A DNA stretch of 63,886 nucleotides, filler included, from Octopus bimaculoides (lineage: Eukaryota), in the NCBI RefSeq assembly GCF_001194135.2. It is 5 parts of 4 records of this genome, joined end to end, with 100 filler letters (N's around TTAATTAATTAA, not from the genome) between each part and the next. Parts side by side here need not be neighbours in the genome. Positions count along the whole stretch, not along the records: positions 21,490 to 39,447 come from NC_068982.1; 4 more parts are not named here. One strand, given 5' to 3'. Of this stretch, positions 24,649-38,912 are shown piece by piece. The notes beneath the pieces are model-generated. The model did not search any database. It saw only the letters and a list, made by a program, of their open reading frames with translations, and was not told where the DNA came from. Within the stretch, counting starts at the first letter, position 1, and every line of letters starts with the position of its first letter. The position numbers were made by a program, and so were the translations under genes.

Positions 24649-27600
24649 TTCCCTCTCTCGCTCTATATATCTATGTCTATATATACACATACATCTAACT
24701 GATGCCCGTACGTATACACACAAATTAACGTGAGCATGCACACATATATGTGTACAAATATTCATTTAGTAAAGTTTCTTTGCATGCGTAATCTACAGAT
24801 AGAAATGATAGTTTAAAACCTTACAAATAACCGAAAGCAGTTCAAATAATTTTATTAAAGAAGACACTTAGTGAAATAGGCAAAAACAAAAAGTAAAAGC
24901 AGCTACAAAATCTTTCTAAAAATCCGTACAAAGTGTCATTATAATATAAAGGTAAAGATACGCATTAACGCCTCTACACTAATATTCTGCGTTTAAAGTA
25001 TAGAGTCCATCACAGATTTTAATCAAGTATATCACAGTGTTTTATTATAATTTATTTATATGCAAATATATACATGCAATATATACTAGGTACCTCCAGA
25101 GAATGTTTTCTTTCAATTAACCAATATAGATTATCATATCCATTATTATTTTGACAAACAACGGAAACAAAATATACTAAAGGTTTATAATTTTAGATTG
25201 CATTGTTATCGTGAAGAGACGGCCATAACTGCTTTATACAGAATGACAAGTTACTCTCTTTAAGCGTTCATTCACTCATCTGGTTTATATTCAATTTATT
25301 TTAGTTAGATTAAATTATATTTAGTTTCTTAGACTTTGTGGAAAATTTATTCATACAACCTGTACTTTATCATTGAATTGAAATAATGACTAAAGAAAAT
25401 GTATTAAAGTTAAATATTTTGTTTTAAACAAAGAAACGAGTGTAAAAAGCAACAAATATCCCAACAAAAATTTATTATTTTTGAATATGTGTGATGGGAC
25501 AGGCGCGTTAATGTCGGAGTATTTATTTGATACGATCTAATCTATCTGTCCCTGTGTGTGATGAATATTCTTCTCCTTGCGGCATTGTAACAAGTAGCAA
25601 GTGATAATATTATCGAAAGGATGATTGGTGAATAAATGGTTGTGAAAAGATATCAAACATTGATAAAAGAAATACAATGTACGATGTTTGCAATTCCAAT
25701 AACAACAAATGTGGTTACGTATACCGTATTTAAAACAAATTCAGCTGTTCTTATAATAGCCAAATGCAAGATATCATCATAATACATTAGATACACTTAA
25801 CCTCTTGATAATGATTATATTCTGACATGTCAGCATGCCCAAAAAGAACTGGCCAGCTATCTTTTTCTATTCCTGACTTAAATCTCCTAAGTCGTGGGAA
25901 ATCTGTCAGTAAATAATCAGAACAGAACCAGAATCTTCATTAACTACAACACTCCTATTTAAAAAGACCATTCATGTATTCATTAAATGAGCATATTTAT
26001 CCAAAAAGCAATATTGCTCTGTCTACAAAATCATCCCATTCTCCTTTGTTGTATATTCTCAATAATATTGTTCTCGCTCAGAGATAGATTTTCCTCTCTG
26101 AAGTTTAAACTATGGGTGATTTCCGAAATTTTAGCTGTTTCGTAAACAAGAGTAAAACAAATTATATCCAAAGAAGATGTCAACATCGATGAAATTCTTT
26201 CTTTCTCTATTTTCACCTATGGACTTTCTGCAATAGAAAAAAGGGCATGTGCGCGCGAACTGTTGAAATTACGTCAGACATGGGGCTGAGGACGGTGATC
26301 TCGTTCTGAACGCATATAATGATTCACGGTAGCACATGTTACTAAGTTGTTTCCTCCCCGTGCTCGGAATTCTACAATCAACAATGGACCAAGAAAGAGT
26401 ATACGGAATACACTCAACTTTGACGTGATGGATACGAGCGGAGTGGAAGGTAGATTGTTTTCCAGTAATGCTTGAAAAAGAGCTCAGATGCGCAGGATAA
26501 CGACGCAGGGTTCTCCAGCAAACTCGGATCATCACTTGAATTATCACTTGTTGAGTAAACATGTGAAGAACTGTGCAAATGGATGCACAATACAAGCATC
26601 TGTCTTCCATGACTTAAGAAAATTGCACGAAGTCGTACAATCCAAGAATTGGATGATTTAAGCTTGGTCTTCGTTACTTTATACCAAATGCATGACTCGG
26701 TAAACAGAAAGGAATTCCTCAAGTTAAAAAAATTGTTGAATAACGCATTTTAATGATTAAAGATTTCATTTACACATGGAAATTATTAGTGGTTTTGGAT
26801 AGCAAGTCTTGTGATTCCGATTATCATTCATATGGTTGATAATATTGTAATCGTCTTAGTTTCGAAATAATGAAAATTCAGCGACTGTATTTTCTGTATA
26901 TCGTGAGGAACTTTACTGCGTTCACTATATTAGTTGAATTCTGGCGGATGTCTCGAGGTGGAAAGTCTCAGTCTGGCTGATTTTCTTTGAATATTTTACT
27001 TAGACAGAGCAATCGCTGAGCAAGTAATATAAACGAAATCTCCAACTTATTCGGAAACAGACTAGTAATCATCTTTGCTTCAAAACTAAGTCGGTTACAA
27101 TATTACCCAGTCATATTAATTATGACCGAAAGCGCAAACATACGTCAAGTCACACTTCACTCTTTTCTAAAATGTAGAATGCATAGTGTGATCTAGTTGT
27201 AAATAAAAAAAGTCATTTGAAAATAACAAAAAACATGCATAAAGGTCGTAACTCATTGTCATTTGAAATGGGTCTGTTTGATAAAAGTTGCTTTTGAAAT
27301 AAACTACCGCAAAATACATACAAATGACAAGCTTCTTGGCATGGGTGAATTCGCTACCAAGTGATATACTAATTTTATCTCGCTGTGTTGAGTGAAACCA
27401 CACATTCCATAGTGAGGATCCTCATATAATGTATCTGATAAGAATGAGGGGTATTTGAAAGTGATGATGCAAAAACAAATCAACTAATAGCAAAAAACGA
27501 AGGAAAATAATAGCACACCATACTGTAATCATATTAAGATATCACAGTATTATATGCACGCACTTATACACACATGTTGACACACACACACACACATGCA

Positions 27601-27689
27601 CACAAACATTTATAACCCATCATATGTGTGTGTGTCTCTTCTATGTATCAATTATTATAAATAGTCCACTGAGGAGGGAGCCAGTTTCC

Positions 27690-29232
27690 AACAAAGATAC
27701 AAGGCTCCAGTTTTTGGATGTAGTTAACACAGTCAAGTTTACATCTGGAACTTGGAAAAAACCTTGCATGTTTTTACTGTTCCACTTACAAATTGCACTT
27801 GTACGTATTAGCCGGTCGATTTCTCTTTCTGAAAATCCCATTTTATCCAGATTCTCATTTACCAACAAAACCTAGAGCTTCAATTAGTATTGGTATGAAT
27901 ATGAATTCATAGTCTGGATGTAGAAGCTGGAGGTTTCGAAGCAGGTGTCCATAGATATCATCTTCTTTGATTTTCAGTGCCAAATTGAAAAGAAGTACAG
28001 ATAGATTATCTCCCTGGAATATTCCTTTTGAAATGGCTATAATATCTGTAAGAGTTCTGTTTTCAGTAGGAGGGGTGCGAATTGTTGTCCATATCTTTGT
28101 GAGTCTCTCTATAGCAGCAGTTAGGGTAGAAGGTACTTTTGACAGATGTAGGCACTTCAAAAGCCATGACTGAGGGATTGAGTCGAATGCCGTCTTATAG
28201 TTAAGCCACACTGTCACAAGTTTTCTACGCTGTTTTCTTACTTCAGACAGTACAGCTTCGTTTATTGAACGTTGTTCGGCACATCCCCACACTCCCTTCT
28301 TTCCACCAACCCTGTTCAGCAGTCACAATATTGTTCGACTCACAATGGTCCTGGAGGAATTGGTTGAGGCAACCTGTACAATTTGTACATAATATATAGG
28401 TAAATAATAGGCCTGTAGTGTCCTGCCATCTCCGTGATTTCCTTTGTGGCAAGAAGATTGGTCCTTGTTTAGCAAGTCAATTTAGTATATGAGTCTAACC
28501 TTCCATAATCCTTTTGAAAATACATATCAACTGGTTTCTATAAAATGTCAGCTTCTTGTATCATTATCCAACTATTAGGTCCCTTCCAGGTGCCTTCCCC
28601 TTCTGCAGTTTGTCTATTACTATAGCGAAGGTTTCTGCTTCAATTTTGTATGCTTTACTGTTAGTGTTGGTACGGTAATCTCTCTCAATTGTATTTAATC
28701 ACGATGCATTCAGGTTGAAATCCCTCATTGCGTTCCATATTTTTGACCAAAATGATTGTAGATCTTCTTGAGAGGGAGCTTTTTTAATGGTAATGTTTTT
28801 CCTTCCTCATCTCTCTGTATAATGCTTGTGGGTTGGAAGCATGCAATAGCGGAGTTTCTCGCGCATCGTCCTGTGTTCACGTTTTAAAGCGATTAGCTTT
28901 CCCTCAAGAGTTCGGTGTGAAGAGCTGCTATAACATTTCTTAATTTTCGTCTACGGTAGAGTTGGTGAGGTGTAAACTAATTTTTCTACTTACATTTTAT
29001 TGTTGTAGTTAACCATCTGATATGACGGCGCACATTGATGAAGTTGTCTTCAAGTTTTGTTTTCCATCTATGTTACTTCCGTTTAGCAATTTCGTTACTT
29101 TTTCACTGTCGATTACTCCTAGGTGTTCTTGAAGAGTAATAGCGGCTGTGTATATTAGAGCATTTATATTACTGTAATTAACTTCACAGGATTCCATGTG
29201 CTTTCTGCCAACATCATCGATAACTTTAAGCA
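27690..29232 (-). mobile_element. R4/Dong-like (RLE-type) non-LTR retrotransposon, internally deleted
   Basis: N-terminal INALIYTAA; RT GCAEQ..I...WLNYKTAFDSIPQSW...GIFQGDNLSVLLFNLAL; then directly the RLE tail DIYGHLLRNLQ...IPILIEALG. Confidence 0.85.
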
Positions 29233-29336
29233 TGTATGTATGTATGTATGTATGTATGTATGTATGTATGTATGTATGTATGTATGTATGTGTGTATGTT
29301 TGTATGTATGTATGTATGTATAAGAATTAGTACAAT

Positions 29337-29546
29337 TAAGGCTGTGAGCTGGCAGAATCTTTAATACGCCGGGTGAAGTGCTTAGCGGTATTTCGTCTGT
29401 CTTTACGTCTTGAGTTCAAACTCCGCCGAGGTCGACTTTGCTTTCATCCTTTCGGGTTGGATAAATTAAGTACCAGTTGCGTACTGTGATCGATCTAATC
29501 GATTGGACCACTCCCCTAAAATTCGGGCCTTGTTCCTAGAGTAGAA
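29337..29546 (+). mobile_element. tRNA-derived SINE (second family) with a 15-bp TSD. Other copies at 16964-17085(-), 19316-19380, 43894-44077(-), 63490-63650(-), 63720-63815
   Basis: gagctggcagaat head, GAGTTCAAACTCC B-box, and AAGAATTAGTACAAT duplicated at 29322-29336 and 29547-29561. Confidence 0.88.
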
Positions 29547-32500
29547 AAGAATTAGTACAATAACAAATTACGGCCAACATTTAATGTATTCAAGACTTGA
29601 TATGCACCCCAGAATTGATATTCAGTTTTTTTATTTACATATTTTCGTCTTTAGTAAGGTTATTCTGATATACTTTTTAACTAATTTAAACAATTATATT
29701 CCATATATGTATAATAATATGCTTTACCACAAGGAATCGTCAAGGAAATACTTTCTTTCATTCTGTTCCGTAACAAAATACAAATAAATATTCCCTCGAT
29801 GTTCCTTGATCTATATGCATTCACATATCTATGTATATTTTTGTGTGCATACGTGTTAGTATGCGTTTATGCATGCATACATGCACATACATACACACAC
29901 ACACACATACACTCACTTACTCACTCACTCACTCATTTACTCACTCACTCACTCACTCTCATACTTTGCTTGGTAAAACAGAGCAGACCATCAATTATAT
30001 ATGACATATTTGATGTAGTTCAATCATTATTGTAGCAAAAATAAAAATCATAACGTGTGTACAAACGTTGCTTTATTTAAAAACCATTTAAGCAGTCAAA
30101 TAAAATACATCTGAGGTATTTTATTTCACCTTAATAGTTTTATTACATTGAAATATAGATACACTGTCTTAAAATGCTTGTACTTGGAGATTTTTTCAGA
30201 TATTTATTCTCTTTATTGAAACATTTATTTTTCCTGGTGTGGACACCATTTGTTTGTGCAATGATATTTTGCGAAAATATCTAAGATACTTTATTGGAAT
30301 GAATTATGGGCAATCAGCGATATTTTATCGCTTAACATGGATTTTCATATGGCTCTTTTCCGAAATATTCTATTTCAAATATTTAGATTTATTCATCGTT
30401 GTTTATGGTATTTTAGCATAACTCTATAGAAAAATATGATTTAAAAGAAATATTATCTTATGCTAATTTTAAAACAAAATATAAAATGTTATTGGAAGTT
30501 TATTAAGGTGCAGTTCTTAAAGTGTACAAGCGACGTAAGAGTTATTTTAGTGATGTGAGCTAAAGGCTGTACATATATTTGAAGTTAACTTTCGAAAATC
30601 CATTTAAAGAACAAATTCGTACAAATATGTAAACTACTTTCAAATATTACTTTTTAAAGATACGTTTCAAGTCATGTTATAAGCAATATTTTAGTCAAGA
30701 GTGATTCATTTCTGTTATCATATGTAAGATTGTGCTGATATTATAGTGCTTTTGTTTATTGCTCCACGATTGTATTAGTTGCATGCAGTTGATAAGCGTT
30801 GTGACCATTTTATTACGTTACTTATTCGTAGTGTATACATATCTGTGTCATTTTAAAATTTGGTTTCCAAGATTCTTGATGTGAACTCTTATTTTCAAGA
30901 AACCTTTACTGTATCTTGGGAGGAAAGGTCATTTTGCCAAAAATAAACACTCGCACTGTTTCAATTTCACATTATTCACCAGTTGGTGAACTATTTAACG
31001 AACTAAGTTGTCATTTGTATAATTAATCATTCAGTCAATGAATCAAGCATTTGCGTTTTCCAAGACCCCCTTCGATGCCGTTTCCAGTCTTTTCAATGAC
31101 ATGCATTGTCTCTTCAAACTGAGCATAAGAAACGGATCAGAAATTTATTTTTCAGTTTTTGAATAAAATATATTCTCTGGATGGCTTTAGTAAAATATTT
31201 TGTACGCTCTTCTTTAATATGAATCCAAATCTGGATTTGTGAATTTGTTTACTTTGTGTAGCGAAAAAGTGCAACACCACCTGTAACGTTGAATGAAGCT
31301 GTTCAATTATGTGTCAGGCGATTACGTTATTGTCTTCTTCCATGTATTGAAGTGGACGTTGTTGAAGAATAGATCGATCACTTCAAAATTCATTGTATCT
31401 TTAACTGGAAATGTTAATCAATTGTGTTATTTGCTGATTGTTTGTTATCGACAAAACACATTAGCAATTTTACATAATATTGGAGGCAATTCAGCATAAT
31501 TAATTCCGCAAAAATAATAATTGCACACATTTTGCACTTCATTTAAAACTTTTCAAGCAGTAAAACAAAATCGACCTCCGTCTCTGTCCCTGTACACCCT
31601 GTTTTGTTTCAGACACATAAGGAAAATGGAAACAGCATGAGAATAAGAGCAACTATATTCAGTAAATTGTTACTATGTACTGAACCATATAATGTGGAAA
31701 TACTCAATTGTCTTTTCGAGTAGGACAGTACCAAATCCTCCTAGCGGGCAAAACATTAAATTACTATATAAATATTTATCAGTAATTCCACAGAGGCTGA
31801 TAAAATCTTCAAGAATAAAATCAATAAATGCAAGAAATTCGAGAAATATTGCCGATAGAATAATGCCACACGCACTTATAACCTTCTACATGATATTTAA
31901 TACACAACATCCTAAATTCCAGTAGAAATCAATAGCAAGCCTATTCAAACTTAGAAAAAAAGCGCTAACGTCATAAGAAAAATGTATTTGCCAGCATCAT
32001 ACCATAGATTAAATCCTTATTTATATTAATTCTGCTGAAGAACAATACGTAAAGTATATTGAAATGGTTGTTCACCTAAACTAACAATGTCAGTTTTAAA
32101 TTCATAATCTATATGAAAGAAAATCTATATTTCAGAAAACCTCCCCACGGAAGCAAAACGTTATGCCAAGGACGTCACAAAGAACACGGAGGAAGTAACT
32201 GAAGTAACGAGATTAGTGAGAAAAATATTTCTAAAATATCATGGAGTGTATTGGATAAAAAGGTGTATATGTGTCATTAGAAGTATTTATGGAAGCCAAT
32301 GATTCGGGTGAAATTGAAGATATCCTTGATCTATAAATGTCTTCAGTGAAAAGGGAAAGAACTAATACACAACACGAATTGAAATGGTCAGTCGAATGGT
32401 GTGTAAACCCTCAAATCTAAATATCAGAATATGCATGATTTGCACAGTTGAGACTTCAAAGTTCCCCTCCTCGAAAACCATTCACAAGGAAACGTTATAA

Positions 32501-34058
32501 GCTTCTCACATTTGTCACGAGATAGCATCTTCCAATATTGTGTTTTTCCATGTGAATTTTATAATTCATATAATTTCTATTTTTATGTTTATAACAATTT
32601 TAAGATATTTTATTATGATGATATAATATATCATTTTATTTTCCTTTTTATTATTTTCACAATTTTATTATCATCTTATTATTGTTATGCTTTTATTACA
32701 TGTTATTCTTTAATAGTTTTTACTTTTTAATTTTCACTTTTTTACATATTTTTTTTACTTATATGGTTTAAATTTTTCTCCAAACTTTCCTATTTTACAA
32801 ATTATCATATACGATTTACATCATATTATTACACACCGTTTTAATACAGCTTTCTATATAACTTATCTTTCAGCTTCGCATTATTTATTCTATTTTTATG
32901 CATTGCAAAATTTATTTTATGTCATATTTACATACTTATTTCCAATTTCATCACCCTTATTTACTTCGTTCTTCTTTTTACATTTTAGCACACATTTATT
33001 TCTCCATTTGTATAAATACCACCGTGTACGCGTTCGTGCTGGAGATAGTTTTTAGTTTTGGATCATAATCCTAAATATAAACGTTAAGGTTTTGTTTTTA
33101 AAGTAAAGATGAAATTTGTGAAGGTTTACACGGGATCTTTACAAAAAAGTGTTTAAAATAATTTCTAATAAGAATATGTTTTACAAATACACAATGTCTT
33201 AAAAATAAGAATTTAGAAAGAATATAAAATATATTACACTATGATTTACGTGTGGCAAAACTCTTTTAAATAATACATCTCTAAAATTAATCCTCTTACA
33301 GTGAATAAGAATCACTAAACAGTTGCAATAGCAAAAATATATATTAAAAGTATTCGAAAGCCATTGTAAAGAAACCAGCATATTGCTTTACACTGGAAAC
33401 AGTAAATAACCATTACAATCTAAAATAGCTGAGCATTGTAAAGCTATGAAATCAAGCCATAATTCACCAAGCAATACCACACAAGAAACCCAGGTTATTT
33501 CAAGTTTTCTATTTGCTTCTGTGTTCCTGACGAAAAAAAAAAAATTAAACAATTAGCTGAAACTTGTTGAAAGACGTGATAATCGTATGTATCAGTTACA
33601 ATCATCATTTTCAACAAAATTGCTCACACTGACGCACACATGCACACATACATAGATACATATGTATGTACACATATACATACATATATACATACATACA
33701 TGCATACATACATACATACATACATACGTACATACATATATATATAATCTTTCTTCCCGTGTTAATTGTAATCAAGGGAAAAATACACACTTCTATATAT
33801 ATATATATATATATATACATTATATAATAAAACGAATGGTTTACACGTCGTAGATTCTCTCTACAAAACGGAAAGTTACATTGTGGAACAGTCATTTTAA
33901 CAAGTTGTTTTTATTTACCTATCACTCGACGAAATACATCTGCACCACCAGATGCTCCTGAACCAGTTGTTGAGTGTCCCACTCAAGAGGAATCGATGCT
34001 AGATGTGTCGAATCAAATGTGATTAATAATAAATTTTCGTATATACCATTTTCTGTCT

Positions 34059-34090
<32 letters not shown>

Positions 34091-34483
34091 TATAGTTTTA
34101 GAGAAAAGAACCAAAGTTCATGAACTCATCCATGAAAATCGACAGTCACATATAGAAAAACTAATAAGTAAATGCAACTGAAAATATCATAGGATAATGA
34201 TAATAAAACGACTACAAGTGTTTCTTAACCAAATAGCCAAATAATAATGTGGATTTTCATGGATNNNNNNNNNNNNNNNNNNNNNNNNNNNNNNNNNNNN
34301 NNNNNNNNNNNNNNNNNNNNNNNNNNNNNNNNNNNNNNNNNNNNNNNNNNNNNNNNNNNNNNNNNNNNNNNNNNNNNNNNNNNNNNNNNNNNNNNNNNNN
34401 NNNNNNNNNNNNNNNNNNNNNNNNNNNNNNNNNNNNNNNNNNNNNNNNNNNNNNNNNNNNNNNNNNNNNNNNNNNNNNNNNNN

Positions 34484-34529
<46 letters not shown>

Positions 34530-34531
34530 TA

Positions 34532-34564
<33 letters not shown>

Positions 34565-34569
34565 GTTTA

Positions 34570-35105
34570 TATGAAGCGTCGGTTTGATGTTGAACTCGTT
34601 CTCTCGCAGGAAACCATGAAGGTGCTTGAAAGAGTAGCAGTCGGTAGGAGAAAGGTCTGGGGAATACACTGGGTGGGGAGGAACTTCGTAACCAAGTTCC
34701 CTCAACGTCTGGAGCATCATTAATGAAACGTGTGGACCTCTTCTGCTGACCAGTGTGGGTCGTAGGAGTATCAATTTTTCTTTCATTTTTGCCAATTTCA
34801 TGGCAATATGTTTCTTTAGTAATGGCTTTTCCGGATTTTAAGAAGTTATGATGGATCATCCCAGCAGTACACCACCAAACAGTCACCATAACCCCTTTTT
34901 GAAGAGCTCGGGTTTATGGAAGGTTTTCGGTGCTTCCTTTTGGTCTAACCATTGTGAAGAATTTTTTTATTTACTATTGTACATAATCCACTTTTCATCG
35001 TATGTTACAATACGATCGAGTAATGGATCTGTCTGGTTATGGAGAAGAAGCAACGAGCAAATATTATACCTGCGTATTTTTCTGATTTTCATTTAAATCA
35101 TGTGG
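34570..35105 (-). mobile_element. Mariner transposase remnant
   Basis: MVTVWW...MIHHNFL...HPVYSPDLSPTDC..FKHL. The ILLHDNAR segment with the second catalytic Asp is deleted in frame (RRGP-HVS). Confidence 0.9.
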
Positions 35106-35303
35106 TACTCATTCTCATTTCTAGAGCATTTCTGATTTTCCACATGGAAATGGTTGCAGTGAAATAATACGGAGATGCAAGGAAGTAAAAGAATAGGGAG
35201 TTGAAAAAAAAAAAGAAGATAAAGAAGCAGTTTTTACTGCCTTCCTCTATGTGGGCATCTTTTTAATAAATGCCATTGTCATTTTCCCTATTTTCCACTA
35301 TTT

Positions 35304-35359
35304 GTCTCTGATGACGGAATATCCCATACTCAAGGATATCTCAGAAACTGCTGTAAGAT
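35304..35359 (+). ncRNA. Type I hammerhead ribozyme motif (partly decayed)
   Basis: GTCT-CTGATGA-cgga-ATATCC-catactcaa-GGATAT-ctca-GAAAC-TGCT-GTA^AGAT. Confidence 0.6.
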
Positions 35360-36159
35360 TTTGAATTTCTTCCTATAATAGTATTGTATACGACTTAAGA
35401 TATTTGCCTTGCCTTAATGTTTTCTGTCCTGTTTAACAATTATATATATATATATATATATGCATGTATGTAGGTGTATATGTATTATTACACAACTTAA
35501 TGATGTAATTTGTTTGCATGAAGTTTCTTGGTGTTACATAAGATCTACAAACCTGCTACGAATTCTTAAAGAAAATGTTCTATGCATGGGTGAAGCAATC
35601 GAGAGAGATCTAATGGCAGAGAGCAAGAAACTAGATAATTGACAACATACATAAGTTCACTTGAATCTTAAGTACAACGCATCATGACCTATCTATACGT
35701 GTGGCCATAATGATATACACTGTTCATCTATATACACACACACTCTTACCTTGCTTTTATACACTTATAGACATAGGCGTACTCAAATTGCTTTGACCAA
35801 ACTATACATTCAGAAATTTAAAAAGAAATCTAAAATTTCACATGAGATATCGTCTTATAGTTCAATATTGTCCCATTTACTCCGCCTATTACACTAACCT
35901 ATGTTTTATGATTTATTTCTTATATTTTGTATTTTCTGACAATTATGAGGTTCTCGTCAGCATTCTTATCTCTCCATTATATTGTACATTTTTGTATTTT
36001 AACAATGTAATATTCGGATGTCTACATATCATTTGCCATAGCGTTCATTTGTATATAATTTACTGTTTTCCTAATGTACATTTAATGTGTTTCTCATGCC
36101 TGATGTATGCAAATGCTTGTTGACGTACTTGTATACGTACATAGCCATAAGTGATATTG

Positions 36160-36235
<76 letters not shown>

Positions 36236-37567
36236 CATATATATACACATACATATATGTGTGTGTATGTACGTATATGTATATATATGTGCTTGTGTAT
36301 GTTTCTGTAGACAGTTATGTGAGTATTGATATAAATACGAATGCGTAGTTATACATAAATATATATGAGTATGTGTATGTATTCCTATGTTTATATGCAT
36401 ATGTTTATAAAGTTACACCTATGACAATGAGCATGCATACATGAATGTAATTTGGAGCATGTTTACTTACATACGCTTGTATACTTGTAAGGTGGACATG
36501 TACTAAAATTTCCGTAAATGCGTTTATAAATGTAATTATCAAAGTCACAATTCTCATAAAAATGTATTTGTATATCTTAGTACATTTATATGTTGAGATT
36601 CCCTCTGTCCGTTTGTTATTGTACGGCCTTAACTCATCGTGATTGTCCGCTGGAAGCACTTTATTCTATGTAGTATACGGATATGTAATCTAAATAAGAG
36701 AACTGCCGGTTAGAATTCCTACATTGAATGCCTAGTTTTTATGTTCTAGTCATTTTTCTTTCTTTCTTTCTTTCTTTCTGTCTTATTTTCTTCATCCTAC
36801 CTTTCTTTTCGTTCTACCTTTATTTTTCACATGTATTCCTATTTATTTATCATTAGTTTTCGAATTTCCATTCTATATATGTGTATACATAAATTTCTAG
36901 TTCATATTTCAAAATGATTCCCTGAAAGAATGTATGTTACGGATTACCTAATTCGTGTGTGCGGTAAGAATTACAGAAAGTGATTTAGGAATGAATACAT
37001 TGAAAGACAGTTGATATTGTTTTCTGTTTTTTTTTTCTCTCAAATACGTTACATGCATTGCATTTTTGTGTGTGCGCGTATGTGCGTCTCTTTGTGTATG
37101 TACAGTAGGAGGAAATTTTCGAAGCAAGTATTTTAATAACCCAAATGTAATGTGAGAGCTTAACTTCATGCACAATATATAATAAATGTATTAGAATGCC
37201 TTATGTTCCATTACAGTCACAAAGAAAAGCCTGTGAAGAGAATTTCTGTTATAGGAAAGTCCTATGTCTCATTCGCCAAAAGGTCACAGGATATGTGTAA
37301 AAAAGGCTGGAGATTATATTTATATCATCATCACAGTTTTTCCAGTGTAAAATGCAAACTAATTGCTTAAGTATAACCTTAAGTAATGCTTCGGAAAAGG
37401 TCATTATTATAATTTCCGCAATTTGATAACCATTGGAACATTCAATAGTGGTCGGATCATTATTATGAATAAACTAACTAGAAATAAACATAAAGTTTGA
37501 ATGTTCAAATTTTAAATCCCCCCCCCCCCCACACACACACTCACATGTGGTGACAAATTAATCGGTT

Positions 37568-37638
37568 GCCATAATAAAACTCAGAGTTTCGGCTGCCATG
37601 GTGAAAGTCTTCTCCGGCATGTCCTCAGTTATTAAGGC
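37568..37638 (-). ncRNA. Type I hammerhead ribozyme motif downstream of a Penelope endonuclease fragment
   Basis: GCCTTAATAA-CTGAGGA...TGCC...GGCA-GCC-GAAAC-TCT-GAGTT^TTATTATGGC. Helix I pairs 9 of 10 bp. Confidence 0.7.
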
Positions 37639-38224
37639 AAACAAAAATTCTATGAAAATGACCGTGAAATAAAGAGAAATTATCCGAATAGGGAGAAAAT
37701 AAAAATAATCGAAGAAGGTAAACCCACGCTCATAGAATCCGCGTATGCGCGCATGTACATACAAACACATGCGCGCACGCACACCCGCGTGCATATGCAT
37801 ATATGCATATGCTCACTCACACTCGCGTGAAACACATACATGCACACCTACACACACACCTATATGTATAGATATATATGCATCCATAAACATGTACACA
37901 TATACGTACCCGCATACACGCACACACATCCGCATATATACCAATTCGCGCACAATTATGATCATATACACATCTCTATACGTTCATGCACAAGTATGCA
38001 GGTTGAAAGGTAAAGTACAGAAAAAATATAGAATATATAAAGAAATAAAATATATAGAAAATATATATAAAAATATGTAAAAATATAAAAATATATATGT
38101 AAGAAATGAAATGCTTGTACGTGGACACGATATAAAACGCAGGTCCTATCTGTGATCTCGGCGGGACCAAAAACGTAACAAATCATTAGCCATATGTAGA
38201 CATGATCCCCAAAGTTCAGTTCTT

Positions 38225-38910
38225 TAATTTAGATATGTTGCGGGGTCTAAGCTGCTTTTCCAGATGAGCCATCTTTCCATGTCACAAAGATCGCACTTTC
38301 CACTGTTGTTGGTGTAAGGCTTGCACTTGGCTAAGATCTTCCAATGAGTGTTATAGTTGACACCCTTCTCTTTTAAGGACCGTATATAACTGGATAATTT
38401 GGTTGTCTTTCTCTTTTCCCAGTGTCTGAAGCTCAAGGTGTGATTGTTGAACCTGGCTTTGAAATTCCCCTCTGTGAGAGCCACATATTTATTTGACGAA
38501 TCCATATCCTTATTGGTTGTAGAGTCTATGCTGGCTTCATAAATGATGGTCTCGGACATGCAAGCTCCATTTAGCGGGCTGAAAGTTTTATCCCTGCATG
38601 AACATCTGGTTTCATTTTGTGGTTTTTGTGTGTTGCATGCAATTATATATTTAAAATGTGTAGTTGAGCTAAAACTAATTTTTGTGTTATGCCTATTGAA
38701 GAGCTTTCTGTAATTATGATTGATTGGAAAATGCCTATCTATAAGTGATTAGAAATATTTACCTATATTAAAGGTCACTTCGGGGGAGTAACGGTGTGTG
38801 AACCAGATAGTTTTACTATTCCTATGTTTCCTTTTCTTTATTACTGGACTGGTAACAGGTGTATAGGCTATGTCCTCGCTAAATCCACTATCTTTTAAAG
38901 CTTTATTATA
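38225..38910 (-). mobile_element. Penelope-like element C-terminal fragment (linker, CxC and GIY-YIG endonuclease)
   Basis: NIGKYF-x-SLIDRHFP...LFNRHNTKISFS...CSCRDK...PLNGAC, then IIYEA...YVALTEGNFKARFNNH...CDLCDME. Contains stops. Confidence 0.85.
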
Positions 38911-38912
38911 TA

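Noticed and set aside
33523-33572. CTGACGA...GAAACTTGTT hammerhead-like motif
   Set aside because: The 5' arm of stem II is a poly-A run and helix I has only 3 bp. At best it is a dead relic and it could be chance.
33837-34022. Protein-like + frame PITRRNTSAPPDAPEPVVECPTQEESML
   Set aside because: No good acceptor, no recognisable family and no partner exons.
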